A stretch of 63,979 nucleotides of DNA, filler included, from Octopus bimaculoides (Eukaryota): NCBI RefSeq assembly GCF_001194135.2. It is 7 parts of 5 records of this genome, joined end to end, with 100 filler letters (N's around TTAATTAATTAA, not from the genome) between each part and the next. Parts side by side here need not be neighbours in the genome. Positions count along the whole stretch, not along the records: positions 20,443 to 36,249 come from NC_068996.1; positions 36,350 to 46,723 come from NC_069000.1; 5 more parts are not named here. One strand, written 5' to 3'. Shown here piece by piece: positions 23,869 through 37,161 of this stretch (within the stretch, counting starts at the first letter, position 1; every line of letters starts with the position of its first letter). The position numbers and the translations under genes are program-made. The notes beneath the pieces are model-generated. The model did no database searches, had not been told where the DNA came from, and saw only the letters and a list, made by a program, of their open reading frames with translations.

Positions 23869-24829
23869 TGCCTTTTACCATTGTATTGGAATAAGTTTAA
23901 GGATGGTGACCTCTTAAAAAAAATAGATAAATAAATATAAAAAAATAAAAATAAAAAACAGGTGTGGNNNNNNNNNNNNNNNNNNNNNNNNNNNNNNNNN
24001 NNNNNNNNNNNNNNNNNNNNNNNNNNNNNNNNNNNNNNNNNNNNNNNNNNNNNNNNNNNNNNNNNNNNNNNNNNNNNNNNNNNNNNNNNNNNNNNNNNNN
24101 NNNNNNNNNNNNNNNNNNNNNNNNNNNNNNNNNNNNNNNNNNNNNNNNNNNNNNNNNNNNNNNNNNNNNNNNNNNNNNNNNNNNNNNNNNNNNNNNNNNN
24201 NNNNNNNNNNNNNNNNNNNNNNNNNNNNNNNNNNNNNNNNNNNNNNNNNNNNNNNNNNNNNNNNNNNNNNNNNNNNNNNNNNNNNNNNNNNNNNNNNNNN
24301 NNNNNNNNNNNNNNNNNNNNNNNNNNNNNNNNNNNNNNNNNNNNNNNNNNNNNNNNNNNNNNNNNNNNNNNNNNNNNNNNNNNNNNNNNNNNNNNNNNNN
24401 NNNNNNNNNNNNNNNNNNNNNNNNNNNNNNNNNNNNNNNNNNNNNNNNNNNNNNNNNNNNNNNNNNNNNNNNNNNNNNNNNNNNNNNNNNNNNNNNNNNN
24501 NNNNNNNNNNNNNNNNNNNNNNNNNNNNNNNNNNNNNNNNNNNNNNNNNNNNNNNNNNNNNNNNNNNNNNNNNNNNNNNNNNNNNNNNNNNNNNNNNNNN
24601 NNNNNNNNNNNNNNNNNNNNNNNNNNNNNNNNNNNNNNNNNNNNNNNNNNNNNNNNNNNNNNNNNNNNNNNNNNNNNNNNNNNNNNNNNNNNNNNNNNNN
24701 NNNNNNNNNNNNNNNNNNNNNNNNNNNNNNNNNNNNNNNNNNNNNNNNNNNNNNNNNNNNNNNNNNNNNNNNNNNNNNNNNNNNNNNNNNNNNNNNNNNN
24801 NNNNNNNNNNNNNNNNNNNNNNNNNNNNN

Positions 24830-24874
<45 letters not shown>

Positions 24875-26628
24875 TGTGTGTGCGTGCGTGCGTGCGTGCG
24901 TGCGTGTGCATGTTTCTGTGGGGGTGGGTGGGATATGTCTATGTTTATACTGTGTAACTTCGATCACGCCTCTTTCAATTCCATGATTTTGCGTTAGAGA
25001 AGTATAACACCTACAAAACGTACTGTCTCTGCTTTTCTTTCAAACATTCAACTTTGGAGAAAATTTTTTGATGAAATGTAGTTCCATTGCTTTTCAGTAT
25101 TGCGGATCGTCCCGTGCACATTAGTAAAAGGGAAGAAAATTTGAATTTTCCATCGTCGCGTATTTCCAGATGCCTACTTAATGGAATCTTGCATAACTCT
25201 TGCCGACATTAGAGTAACGGAGCAAAATAAAACGGCGGCAATAACTGAAGACAAGGCATTGAGGAAAGTAAAAGGAAGGTCCATACACATTCCATTAGAC
25301 CCACAAACACGAATATAAACGCACAAGCCTTTGACAATTATCATCTAACAGAGAACGGGCACGGGAATACGGAATAGATACACGCATGTACGCATGATTC
25401 GAGAGATTCAAAGGGCGCATAACTCGAAACACATCACATTTTATTTCGAGTAAACGCACTCACAAAATCGAACACACAATTCAACAAAAAACACAAACAC
25501 AATTGATACAGTTCTATGATTGAAAAGCAAGCCGAATACGTTTAGCAATCGAGAGGAAAGAGTACCTGGCATTTCTTTCCTGCAGAAATGAACGTCATAT
25601 TTTTTAATATTTGTACAGAGTAGGAATTGTTTTAAATATTTAATCATCGTGATAGATATTTAATAAACTTCAAATTTACTTTTACTTCTGTGGTTTGTTT
25701 CATTTTTATTTTTGGAGGCATTGATAAGCAATGTGTTTCATTAAACAAAATCTGGATTCGCCTCGTAAATCTAACATTCGTGCGTTTTTTCCCTGATTCG
25801 TTTTATCATCTCCTTTTTTTCTCTTCTCTGTTTGTCCAAGACTTTCTTCAAGTACACGAAAAAAGAAAAACTAATGTCCGAAACGTTATAACTTTTACTC
25901 CACAACTTTCTGTTCTTCGTCGAATGTAAGACTAACAATATTAAAATTGTGACGTCTCTTGTATTTTTGTTAAACTTTGTTTTGTCATTTTACATGTATT
26001 TAAAATCTGAAGAATCTACTAGAGTAGATGCAAGCGTTAATATATGATTTATAAAAACATGTGACATATTAATAAAAATCTGTAAATGTACAACCATCCA
26101 GATATCTGAGTACCTTATTTTTTCTAATATATATGTATATACATATAGGTTGTGTTTTCCAAAATGGTGGCGAACACGTTTCTCCGTGTGATCGGCTGGA
26201 GAAATTAAGACACTAAAATATTTTCCTACTTTTCTTAACATGAAATTAATGGTTGCCTTAATTCAGAAATAAAGAAATCATATCCAGAAACGCGGTGTTA
26301 AACACACATTTTCATCTTTCGACATTTACGTGTGTGTTTATATATATGTATAGACAGATGATAGGTAGACAAGCACACAGGCAGATAGACAGACAGATAG
26401 ATATATACATACATACATAGATAAACAAATACATACGTACATAAATACAAACGTACATAGATATTTACATACATACATTCGCACAAGCAGTCTCGCACAC
26501 ACACACACATGCACGCGCACGCGCGCAGAACCTATCTGATTTGAACTCTGTAACAAATAATGAAAACAATGTGTTTGAAATAACAGACAAGACTACCATG
26601 GTTGTCATTCATATATCTTCTGTCTTCG

Positions 26629-26659
<31 letters not shown>

Positions 26660-29600
26660 TGTATGTGTGTATGCATGTATTATGTATGTATCTATGTATG
26701 TTTGTATGTATGTATGTATATATGTATGTATGTATATATGTATGTATGTTTTGTATATATGTATTAACGTATTATGTATGTATTTATGTATTTATGTATG
26801 TATGTATGTATGTGTGTATGTATGTNNNNNNNNNNATGTATTAACGTATTATGTATGTACGTATGTGTGTATGTATGTATGTATGCATGTATGTATGTGT
26901 ATGTATGTACGTGTGTGTGTGTGTGTATGTATGTGTGTGTATGTATGTATGTATGTATGTATGTATGTATGTATGTATGTATGTATCCGGCAATCGTCAG
27001 ACAACCGAATTTATGAGCATGTGCGGAAGTGCTTGTGTGATGCCCATACGTGTGTTAGAGTACGCGTGTATGTTGGTGCAGTGAGAAAGAAAGAGGGAAA
27101 AGAAGAGAGAGAAAGGAAGAGAGAGAGGGGGGCAAAGCAGGTGGACAGACAAACATTCAGACAGACAGAATGCAAAACGGTGAGAGAGAGGGAGAGAGAG
27201 AGAGAGGGAGAGAGAGAGAGAGAGATAGGGGGAGAGAGAGAGAGGGAGNNNNNNNNNNNNNNNNNNNNNNNNNNNNNNNNNNNNNNNNNNNNNNNNNNNN
27301 NNNNNNNNNNNNNNNNNNNNNNNNNNNNNNNNNNNNNNNNNNNNNNNNNNNNNNNNNNNNNNNNNNNNNNNNNNNNNNNNNNNNNNNNNNNNNNNNNNNN
27401 NNNNNNNNNNNNNNNNNNNNNNAAAACGGTGAGAGAGAGGGAGAGAGAGAGAGAGGGAGAGAGAGAGAGAGAGAGAGTGAGAGAGTGGTTGGCTGAATGA
27501 TCTTGAGTGTGTTTGGGTAAACTGACTGCAACGGAAAAGGCCAAAGTTCAGGTCGAGATTTAGAGAGATAGTGACAGAAAGACAGAACAGAGAGAGAGAG
27601 AGAGAGAGAGAATGGTGGAGGAGAAGACGAAGGAGGAGGAGGTGGAGTGAGAGGTGGCGGAGAAGAAAGTGTGTGTAGGTAGGAGGGTGGTGGTGGTGGC
27701 GGTAAAGAAAATGATTTAGGGGGAAAGGCAGATAGGCAATACACAAGTGTTACGTAAGAAAGACGTACTAACACAAATAGACATTTTAATAAGGGTAGTG
27801 AACATACAGGTGGTTGGTAATTTTAGCTTTTGAGAAACGGATATNNNNNNNNNNNNNNNNNNNNNNNNNNNNNNNNNNNNNNNNNNNNNNNNNNNNNNNN
27901 NNNNNNNNNNNNNNNNNNNNNNNNNNNNNNNNNNNNNNNNNNNNNNNNNNNNNNNNNNNNNNNNNNNNNNNNNNNNNNNNNNNNNNNNNNNNNNNNNNNN
28001 NNNNNNNNNNNNNNNNNNNNNNNNNNNNNNNNNNNNNNNNNNNNNNNNNNNNNNNNNNNNNNNNNNNNNNNNNNNNNNNNNNNNNNNNNNNNNNNNNNNN
28101 NNNNNNNNNNNNNNNNNNNNNNNNNNNNNNNNNNNNNNNNNNNNNNNNNNNNNNNNNNNNNNNNNNNNNNNNNNNNNNNNNNNNNNNNNNNNNNNNNNNN
28201 NNNNNNNNNNNNNNNNNNNNNNNNNNNNNNNNNNNNNNNNNNNNNNNNNNNNNNNNNNNNNNNNNNNNNNNNNNNNNNNNNNNNNNNNNNNNNNNNNNNN
28301 NNNNNNNNNNNNNNNNNNNNNNNNNNNNNNNNNNNNNNNNNNNNNNNNNNNNNNNNNNNNNNNNNNNNNNNNNNNNNNNNNNNNNNNNNNNNNNNNNNNN
28401 NNNNNNNNNNNNNNNNNNNNNNNNNNNNNNNNNNNNNNNNNNNNNNNNNNNNNNNNNNNNNNNNNNNNNNNNNNNNNNNNNNNNNNNNNNNNNNNNNNNN
28501 NNNNNNNNNNNNNNNNNNNNNNNNNNNNNNNNCTTCCACAGAAAGGAACACAGAAAGAAACAAGGAGAGAAACAAGCAGAGAAAAAAATGTGTGTAGTGG
28601 TTAGCGATCTATCATATATATATATATATATACATATATATAAATAAATAATATATGAGTATATGCATATATATGTACATGTATGTACTTACCTTCATCT
28701 ACATGTATATATAGATGCATATCTGGGTACATGACGTTGCAAAAAAAACCTGGACAAAATGATAAACAGATTACAAAAAACACACAGGCCACATAGAGAA
28801 CATTTCCTTCATCAGCTGCCACCATTATAACACTGGCGTTTATGTATGTATGTATGTATGTATGTATGTATGTATGTATGTATGTATGTATGTATGTATG
28901 CATGTATCTTTGTATATATGGATGTATACGTGTGAATGGCTATATATGTATGTATGTTAGTATGTATGTATGTATGTGTGAATGTTTGTATGTTTCTGTC
29001 CCCGCCACCATCGCTTGACAACCGGTTCGGCAAGATAGACCGATAGAATAAGTACTAGGCTTACAAAGAATGAGTCCTGGGGTCGATTTGTTCGTCTAAA
29101 AGCGGTGCTCCAGCTTGGCCACATTATGGAAGAACCACCTTCAACATCTCCAAACCCACGGAAACGGTTTAATTTGGCATTTAATATATTTCCAGAGGTT
29201 TTCTTAAGAAATAAAAGGAAAGGGACCTTGAACAAGTGTTCCTTTCCATAGCTTTCTCTTCCACCAATATAAGGCGAATGAAATGTGGTAGTTAGGAACT
29301 ATGTGGGATTCCTGTTACACACATTCACACACACATACATATACACATATACACATATATACATACATGCGTACATGCGTATACACATTTAGCTAGAAAG
29401 TATGATGCCTAAGGCAGCCCTTGAGCTTGCACCTCCATCCCCCACGGGCCCAAGCCCATACAAGCTTATGAAGCAGACCCAAAAGTACCGCCCTCATAAA
29501 AATATCGCCCGGGGCGGACCGCCCTAAATCCATCTGCCCAGCTAAGCTACTGACATAAACGCGCACACACACACACGCACACACATATACATACATATAT

Positions 29601-30058
29601 NNNNNNNNNNNNNNNNNNNNNNNNNNNNNNNNNNNNNNNNNNNNNNNNNNNNNNNNNNNNNNNNNNNNNNNNNNNNNNNNNNNNNNNNNNNNNNNNNNNN
29701 NNNNNNNNNNNNNNNNNNNNNNNNNNNNNNNNNNNNNNNNNNNNNNNNNNNNNNNNNNNNNNNNNNNNNNNNNNNNNNNNNNNNNNNNNNNNNNNNNNNN
29801 NNNNNNNNNNNNNNNNNNNNNNNNNNNNNNNNNNNNNNNNNNNNNNNNNNNNNNNNNNNNNNNNNNNTATATGTATATGTATATATATATAAATATGTAT
29901 GTATATAAAATATGTATGCATATATATATTATATATATAAATATACAAAGCAGATGTACACGAAGTACGATCATTGCTAGAAATAACAGCTGGTAAGCTA
30001 TCGGAGCTATGTAGAGCTTTTATATATATATATATATATATGATGTGTGTGTGTGTAA

Positions 30059-30380
30059 CTGGCACTCCTCGGTTATAACAACGAGTGTTCCAGTTGATCC
30101 GATAAACAGAGTAGCTTGCTCGTGAAATTAATGTGCAAGTGGCTGAGTACTCCGCAAAAAAAACGCGCACTATTAGCGTAGTTGTCAAGGAAATTCTGTG
30201 TGAAATAGAATGTGTTAAGGCTGGCCTTTTGAAGTACAGGTACCACTCACTTTTGCCAGTTGAGTGGAGTGGAGCAACGTGAAATAAAGTGTCTTGCTCA
30301 AGGACACAATGCATTGCTGGGAATTGAACTCACGACCTTACGATCGTGAGACGAATACCCAAACCACTAAGCCACATACC
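30059..30380 (-). mobile_element. tRNA-derived SINE, variant head with the common 3' tail
   Basis: Tail (GGCACTCC...TTCCAGTTGATCCGAT...GCAAGTGGCTGAG) is shared with the 40064, 54148 and 57393 copies; the head region (AGTGTCTTGCTCAAGGACACA) is different. Confidence 0.75.
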
Positions 30381-31243
30381 TTCACTCACTCACACACACA
30401 CACACACACACACGCACACACAAACACGCACGCACGCACACACATGCACACACAATACACGCGTTTATATGTATGTGTGTATATACATATGCATGCATAT
30501 CGATATATATGCATGTGAGTGGGTGTGTATATGTATATATATATATATTGCATATGTATGTATATATATGTATGCGCGTTTATATGTGTGTGTGTACATA
30601 CATACATACATACGTAAACATACATACATATGTTTGCGTACATACATATATACGCATGCATACATACACATGTGTATGTATGGAAGCGTATTTGCGCGCA
30701 AAAGTATTCTTTCTTTAAATTATAAAACCCAAAAGTTAAATAAAGATATCAAAACCAGTTTATAATGAGGAGTGAAATATATTTATTTAGTCAGCTAAAA
30801 GTGTTAATTACATCATGAGGTACCTAAGTTACTTCTTGTGAGTCGTGAAATTAGTAATTAAAAGCGTTTGAATTAGCATAATCTTTAAGCGTTAGTGATT
30901 AGATCAAGTGTGTGATTTTTGTTGAAGTTGCTTATAAGGTTTATAAAGAAAATATTGAAAAACAACCTAACTAGATAATAATGGAGGATAATGAGAATTA
31001 TTACAACGTATTTCATACTTTAAATGAATTACGGTAAGGGTTATAAATTTCTTTTTTTTTTTTTTTCAAAACGGTCTTCTAGAAGGAAAGAGGATAATTA
31101 ATTTACAGGAGTAGATATATATAACGTCAACAAATGGAGAGATATAAATTTGTGAATAAATGAACGGATAGATATATATATTTATGAGAAAAGTAAAAAA
31201 AAATGATAGCGGAATCTTGGAGGAAACATGAATGATTATATTT

Positions 31244-31324
31244 CTATATAACTGCTTCATCTTTGGTCTTAACAGCCATGCACACGTCACCATTTCCTCT
31301 GTCCTGTTCAATGGTGTACGCATC
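31244..31324 (-). CDS. Candidate terminal coding exon B (DAYTIEQDRGNGDVCMAVKTKDEAVI*)
   Basis: TAG acceptor directly upstream; paralogue of 31841-31951 with synonymous or conservative differences in this frame. Assignment to the MCT gene is inferred from strand and position only. Confidence 0.5.
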   Translation of the reverse strand, partial: DAYTIEQDRGNGDVCMAVKTKDEAVI

Positions 31325-31840
31325 CTACACTATTATTTTGAAAAGAATATACAATCATATAATTTACTACGGATTAATATCAAAGAGATTCTAAAATTAT
31401 TTATTATACAAAACTGTATTGTTTTATTAATATGAAAAAAATATGTATTTTTTATTTGCTGTTATTATTTTACGATGACTGATATTAAGTATCTAAAACC
31501 TAACTAAATCCTAAGAAATCATTAAATTTTTTAATTGATTAGATTTCATTTGTGGCAAGTAAAAACTGTATATATCTAATTATACACATTCTTGTAACGA
31601 CTATTAATGAAGAAATTAGGGAACAATAGAAAGAAATGAATGATTTAAAAAATTATGTTCATGTACAATAAATTATAATTAGTTAACCATTGTGGTAATT
31701 AATAAAATAACGTACACCATGTTTCTTATACAATATTCTGGGTAAGGATTAAGATAAAATTTTTTGAATGGGAAAAATCAAATAATATGTCCATGCTAAT
31801 ATTTCAAGGCATAACTCTCGTATTTCTTTACTCCATGTCT

Positions 31841-31951
31841 TTAGATGGCAATGTGCTTTATCAGTTCTGCCTGTCTCTTTGCTTCATCTTTGGTCTTAAC
31901 AGCCATGCACACGTCCCCATTTTCCCTGTCCTGTTGAACGGTATACGCTTC
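31841..31951 (-). CDS. Candidate terminal coding exon A (EAYTVQQDRENGDVCMAVKTKDEAKRQAELIKHIAI*)
   Basis: TAG acceptor directly upstream; homology with copy B begins at the acceptor; phase 0. Confidence 0.5.
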   Translation of the reverse strand, partial: EAYTVQQDRENGDVCMAVKTKDEAKRQAELIKHIAI

Positions 31952-33478
31952 CTAATATTCAGCGGCCATGACTAACTCCATCTAATTCGAGGAGTTGGAG
32001 GAAATCATAACCGATAACTGGCAGTTTATGTTATCTCCTCCTTACGTTTCCTTAAATAAATTTCTCGGGCAATGACGCACTTGCTTTTGTGACCTGTTGT
32101 GTCCATGCTTCTCAGTTTGTTTGTAATTGTCCGATTATACTTTAGTCTTTCAACGCTAGGAAATGTTGTGTTATTGCTGTTGTGTGGTGGCAGTGGTGGT
32201 GGTGGTGGTGGTGGTGGGCAACACATCCCTATCGACCTTCACCATTCTTTCCAAATGAAATTGTAAAAATGTTTGTTCACGTCCCCGTAACTTAGCAATT
32301 CGGCAAAAACAAATAGAGATCGACAGTGTAAGTACCAAAACTAAAACCTAAGTACTCCAGTGGATCTGTTCCACTAAAACTCTTCAATATGCTGCCTCAG
32401 CATGACAACTGTACAATTACTGAATATATTTAAAAGATATAAAAGAAAAGGATATATGCACATATTAGCAAAGATTATAGTGGAGTACGGCGGCGCCCAT
32501 CACCAATATTTTGATATGTACTTTATTGTTCCAAGCAGCTTATGAACACTAATGATAACATGCAGCAATTAAACTATTCTCCCACTGTTTCCTTGATGAG
32601 GAACCTTGACAAAAGCCCCGCACAGCTAACACACTATTAATAAGGCACAAGAATCTAGAGTGCAAAACGGTACGGCAGAATCCGGGTGGTGGTAACACAA
32701 GACAAGTACTCTACTCAGTCCGTAAGCCTAGCGTGTAACATGACGGCTGAATAATCAGGGTGTTGCTTGATTCAAGATGACTGAACTACCTGGGTATGGT
32801 TTACTTTTGAGTCCTGGGTGCCTAGCTGTCAAAGAAAGATCCGTGAAAATATTAACGTCACCTATTTCTCTCTCTCTCTCTCCATACACACACATACACA
32901 TACTAAATGTGACTGAGTGCGCTGGGTAGCAACTATATGGCTGGAAATGAGAGTTAAAACCCTTTGAACTGCAAGGAAGCACACTTTCATATACTAACAA
33001 TATATGAAAATGTTCTTCCTTGCAGTTCTAAGCGTTTTAGCTCTTATTTCTAGCAATATAGGTGCTACCCAACACGTTCAGTCACAATTAGTGACGAATA
33101 AATTTTTCGTTTTTGGTTTTATATTGCGAACTGGTGCCTATGTTATTTTGTAATTTTTACATTAGCATGTCGCTAACTCAGCCATAAATATATGTGGTAA
33201 ATATACATACTAATAGTCTATGTCATTCGGCGATGGAGTACTCACTGCTGACTTTACAGACAGATCTATTCTAGTCCAGTGATCTGGCTTCGCTTATGGG
33301 GCGGTTATTTCCCCTGTCAGTATATGAAAATGTGCTTATTTACATTTGTAAGAGTTTTAACTCCTATTTCTAGCAATATAGGTACTACCAGCACTCACGG
33401 TCACAATTAGTGACGATTGACTAATTATCTTTTTGGCTCTATACTGCAAATAGCTGCCTACGTTATTTTGTGTGTGTG

Positions 33479-33513
<35 letters not shown>

Positions 33514-33758
33514 NNNNNNNNNNNNNNNNNNNNNNNNNNNNNNNNNNNNNNNNNNNNNNNNNNNNNNNNNNNNNNNNNNNNNNNNNNNNNNNNNNNNNNN
33601 NNNNNNNNNNNNNCTGCAAGAGTGTGCACGCGCTTCTGTCTTAACGAGGAGTCGTAGAAATAAATGAGTCTGTATCTATGAGTGCAGTAATACCACTTGT
33701 AAAATGGTAAACCCCGAAACAAAACCCTAGCAGACTTGAAAGTCTGTGTTGCGTAGAT

Positions 33759-33989
33759 TCTTTTACTCTTTTACATGTTCCAGTCATTTGACTGCAGCCA
33801 TGCTGGAGCACCGCATTAAAGTGTTCAGTAGAAGAAATAGAGCCCCAGGATTTATTCTTTGTAAGCCTAGTAATTATTCTATCGGTCTTATTTGCTGAAC
33901 CGCCTTGTTATGGGGACGTAAACACACCAGCGTCGGTTGTCAAGCGATGGTGGGAGGACAAACACAGACACACAAACACACATATACAT

Positions 33990-34035
<46 letters not shown>

Positions 34036-34154
34036 TCATATATATATATATATATACGACGTTTATCAAATCCACTCACAAGGCTTTGGTCGGCCATTGA
34101 CTATAGTAGAAAACACTTGCCCAAGTTGCCATGCAGTGGGACTGAACCCGGAAC
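33759..34154 (-). mobile_element. tRNA-derived SINE with internal microsatellite (same family as 55002-55412)
   Basis: Shared blocks TTGTAAGCCTAGTA.TTATTCTATCGGTC and GGGGACGTAAACACACCAGC; AGTAAAAG-type tail. Confidence 0.85.
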
Positions 34155-34949
34155 TTCTCTAAAGTAAACAGAAAAGTACTTGAAAGTTTTCAAACAGATT
34201 TGTTTGAGGCGACAAGAACACCATATCAATGGAGAAGAACGCCACGTCAGTCGACAAAAACGCTGTATCAGTCGATAAGAACGCGTTGTTCTTCGACCAT
34301 TTAAAGAATGTTATTCATAAAATTTTATGCATAGCTGTAGCTTTTAAATATCTAATATTAATATCCTTCTTGATTTCCAATAATAAGGTTAGCAGACTAC
34401 ATAACCGATTCTATGTTTCAGTATACGGAAACACATTATAATACAATCCATAGATGCATCTCATAAGTGTAATTAGTACGCATGCACAAGATGGAATACA
34501 TCCATAGAGAGACGAGAGATCTCTGACCATTATTATTAGTATTCATAAATTCCGCCGGTGTCGACTTCGCCTTTTTTATGCTTTCGGAGTTGATGAAATA
34601 AGAACCTGTTAAGAGTTGGGGGGTCGGTGTAGTCGATATGCCTCCACCCCATCTCAAACTTGCGGGCCTTGGGCAAAAATTTGAGAGTATTAGCATTAGT
34701 ATGCATATTGTACTTATGAGCTACATCTGTGAAATGCATTTATAGTGAGAAATAATTTATTATTGATTACTGAAACATGCGACAGATGAAATAAAGCAAT
34801 ACCAAATTCAAACCCATTTTCTCTTCTCTCGTGACACTCTCTCTTTCTCACACACACACACACACACACACACCTATGGTGTATCACACTTGGAGCCATC
34901 AACAGACCTTCTGATTGTTTTTCATCCCCTCACATCCAGTTGATATCAT

Positions 34950-35251
34950 TTATTTTTTTTATTTATGCGCCCTTTTAAAGCCTAGCCAGGCTCATGGGCC
35001 CGGTTTCCATGGCGTATGTATTCCCCCCAGATGGACGGGACGCCAGTCCATCTCAGCCTTACTCAAGAAACAGGACGAAAGAGTGAGAGAAAGTTGGAGC
35101 GAAAGAGTACAACAGGGATCGCTTCCACTCCCTGCCGGAGCCTTTTGGAGCTTTTAGGTGTTTTCGCTCAATAAACACACAACGCCCGGTCTGGGAATTG
35201 AAACCGCGATCCTCCGACCGCGAGTCCGCTGCCCTAACCATTGCGCCTCAT
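34950..35251 (-). mobile_element. tRNA-derived SINE with alternative 3' module, with TSD
   Basis: Head shared with the 40064 family; different tail (CCTAGCCAGGCTCATGGGCCCGG); 16-bp TSD ATCCAGTTGATATCAT (34934-34949 / 35252-35267). Confidence 0.85.
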
Positions 35252-36165
35252 ATCCAGTTGATATCATAGACGAATAATAATATTTAAGCATCTGTCTTTT
35301 TCCCTTTCCAAACACCGAAATTAGTAAAAAAAAAAAAAAAGGAAATGGTCATTGCACTGAGAAAAGGGTCAGGCAGCAGTCATTCTAGGATTCCCCCTCT
35401 TTCCTGCTAAACCCAAACCGCATAGTTTAAAGGAAATCTGAACGTTTGTTGGCCTCATAACGTCCCATTTCTGATATCTCTTTTCACTGAAAGTTCATCC
35501 GTCCCTGTGTTTTGTTACTCCACTTTTCCTCTCTATTTCTCTCATCCTCGCACTATTTTTATTATTATAATGTTTTTTCTTTCTTTCTTTGTCTTTTTGC
35601 TGTCTGTCTGTTTGTCAATCTGTCTGACTATCTGTCTGTTTTCCGTTAAATCTCTTTATATATACGTCAGTCATTCTGTCACACACGCACACATATACAA
35701 AGATTCTTTCTCTCTGAATCTCTTTGTTTCTAACTCTCTCCCTCCTCTCTCTCTCCCTCCTCTCTCTGTCCCTCTCAAGATTTTCTCCCTCTCTCTTCTT
35801 CATTCCCTAAAAATTGTTTATTTGATTACCTCTCTATCCCTTAGATACACACTATTTCCCAACTCTCCTCACCTATTCTTTTTCTTATATATGTGTGTGT
35901 GTGCATATATATATGCATTAGATATGTTATACGTTTGTGTGTGTGTTTGTGTACATGTATATATGCATTACGTATTTTATATATATATATATATATATAT
36001 AAAGTTGTAGTATGTTGTCAACTTAATGTGACAATCCCAATAAGGGAATACACTACTGCTGTTTAGCCCTAGGAAGCTGGACCGCTTCCTGTCGGCCTTG
36101 ACACAATTACTGTGTCCTTAAGTTTGTGAAGGAGAGACAAGCTCCCCCACCCAGCCTAGCCAGCA

Positions 36166-36208
36166 TTCAGGGACATGTTTCTGAGTCTTTGCTCGTCATC
36201 AGCCTGAA
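36166..36208 (-). ncRNA. Minimal type I hammerhead ribozyme motif
   Basis: Minus strand: UUCAGG-CUGAUGA-CGAG(CAAAGA)CUCA-GAAA-CAUG-UC-CCUGAA. 6-bp stem I, intact core, palindromic stem III (ACAUGU), GUC cleavage triplet, one C.A mismatch at the base of stem II. Confidence 0.7.
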
Positions 36209-36442
36209 GTAGCTTGCCAATTCTCTTTATTACGATAATAAAATATCATNNNNNNNNNNNNNNNNNNNNNNNNNNNNNNNNNNNNNNNNNNNNTTAATTA
36301 ATTAANNNNNNNNNNNNNNNNNNNNNNNNNNNNNNNNNNNNNNNNNNNNTATATATATACAAATGTGTATAAATGTGTGTAAATACACACGCATTCATAT
36401 ATATATGTATATATGTATGTATGTATATAGACATATACATGC

Positions 36443-36475
<33 letters not shown>

Positions 36476-37043
36476 TGCACATACTGATGATTTCATGTGA
36501 AGTTTGAAATGGCGGACTCTTTGGTTGTTTGAATGCGTACATGCCATGGTGTTAAGAAATTCGGTTCCTTAACAAACTAAAAGACATCTCACAGAAGTAT
36601 GGAATCGTTTGAAATGTATTTTTGTAATGATGGAAAAGAGAATCGAATTCTGAGCTGCAACTACTTCAAGTGTTACTTATAATAGAACTTTATTTCTTTC
36701 GCTCATTTTTGTAAAACTTTATATTTTATTTAACAAGACAAGAAAAAATCGTTATAGTTTAAACAAATGTATCTGTTTGGTGAGCACGCATTCCATGAAT
36801 GTCCTCTAAATTGTAATTATTTTCCATCTGAAAAAATTCAATAGTTTCGTTAAATGTTTGATTTAGCTTAATGTAAATTGCCTAAGGTTATGCCATGCTG
36901 ACGATTTCAAATAAGGATGAAATGGCGCTGCATATGATTAACTAAGGCTATAAATTTTACGATCTATGTAATAAGCCAGAAAACAGGATCAAATATCTGT
37001 ATTCTATGTTTCTTCTTCCTTGGTCTTCGATCTAATATTAAAA

Positions 37044-37161
37044 CTACTAATCCCGCCGTGATTGATCTAGAAATGATTATCTCTACTAATCCCGCCGTGA
37101 TTGATCTAGAAATGATTATCTCTACTAATCCCGCCGTGATTGATCTAGAAATGATTATCTC
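37044..37161. repeat. Perfect 39-bp tandem repeat x3
   Basis: CTACTAATCCCGCCGTGATTGATCTAGAAATGATTATCT at 37044, 37083 and 37122. Confidence 0.95.

Noticed and set aside
25441-25647. RLLNVFGLLF resembling MCT TM11 (NAFGLL)
   Set aside because: Short match, following residues do not fit, and no coherent exon boundaries.
26759-27480. Short direct repeats on both sides of gaps (26759/26837; 27175/27423)
   Set aside because: Most likely unmerged contig overlaps in microsatellite-rich DNA.
31787-31975. Plus-strand hydrophobic ORFs containing CFIFGLNSHAHV (also 31232-31435)
   Set aside because: Antisense shadows of the duplicated minus-strand exons; the substitution pattern favours the minus-strand frame.
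34210-34295. Diverged 21-bp minisatellite giving an open frame (AFLSTD repeats)
   Set aside because: Short, degenerate and without exon evidence.
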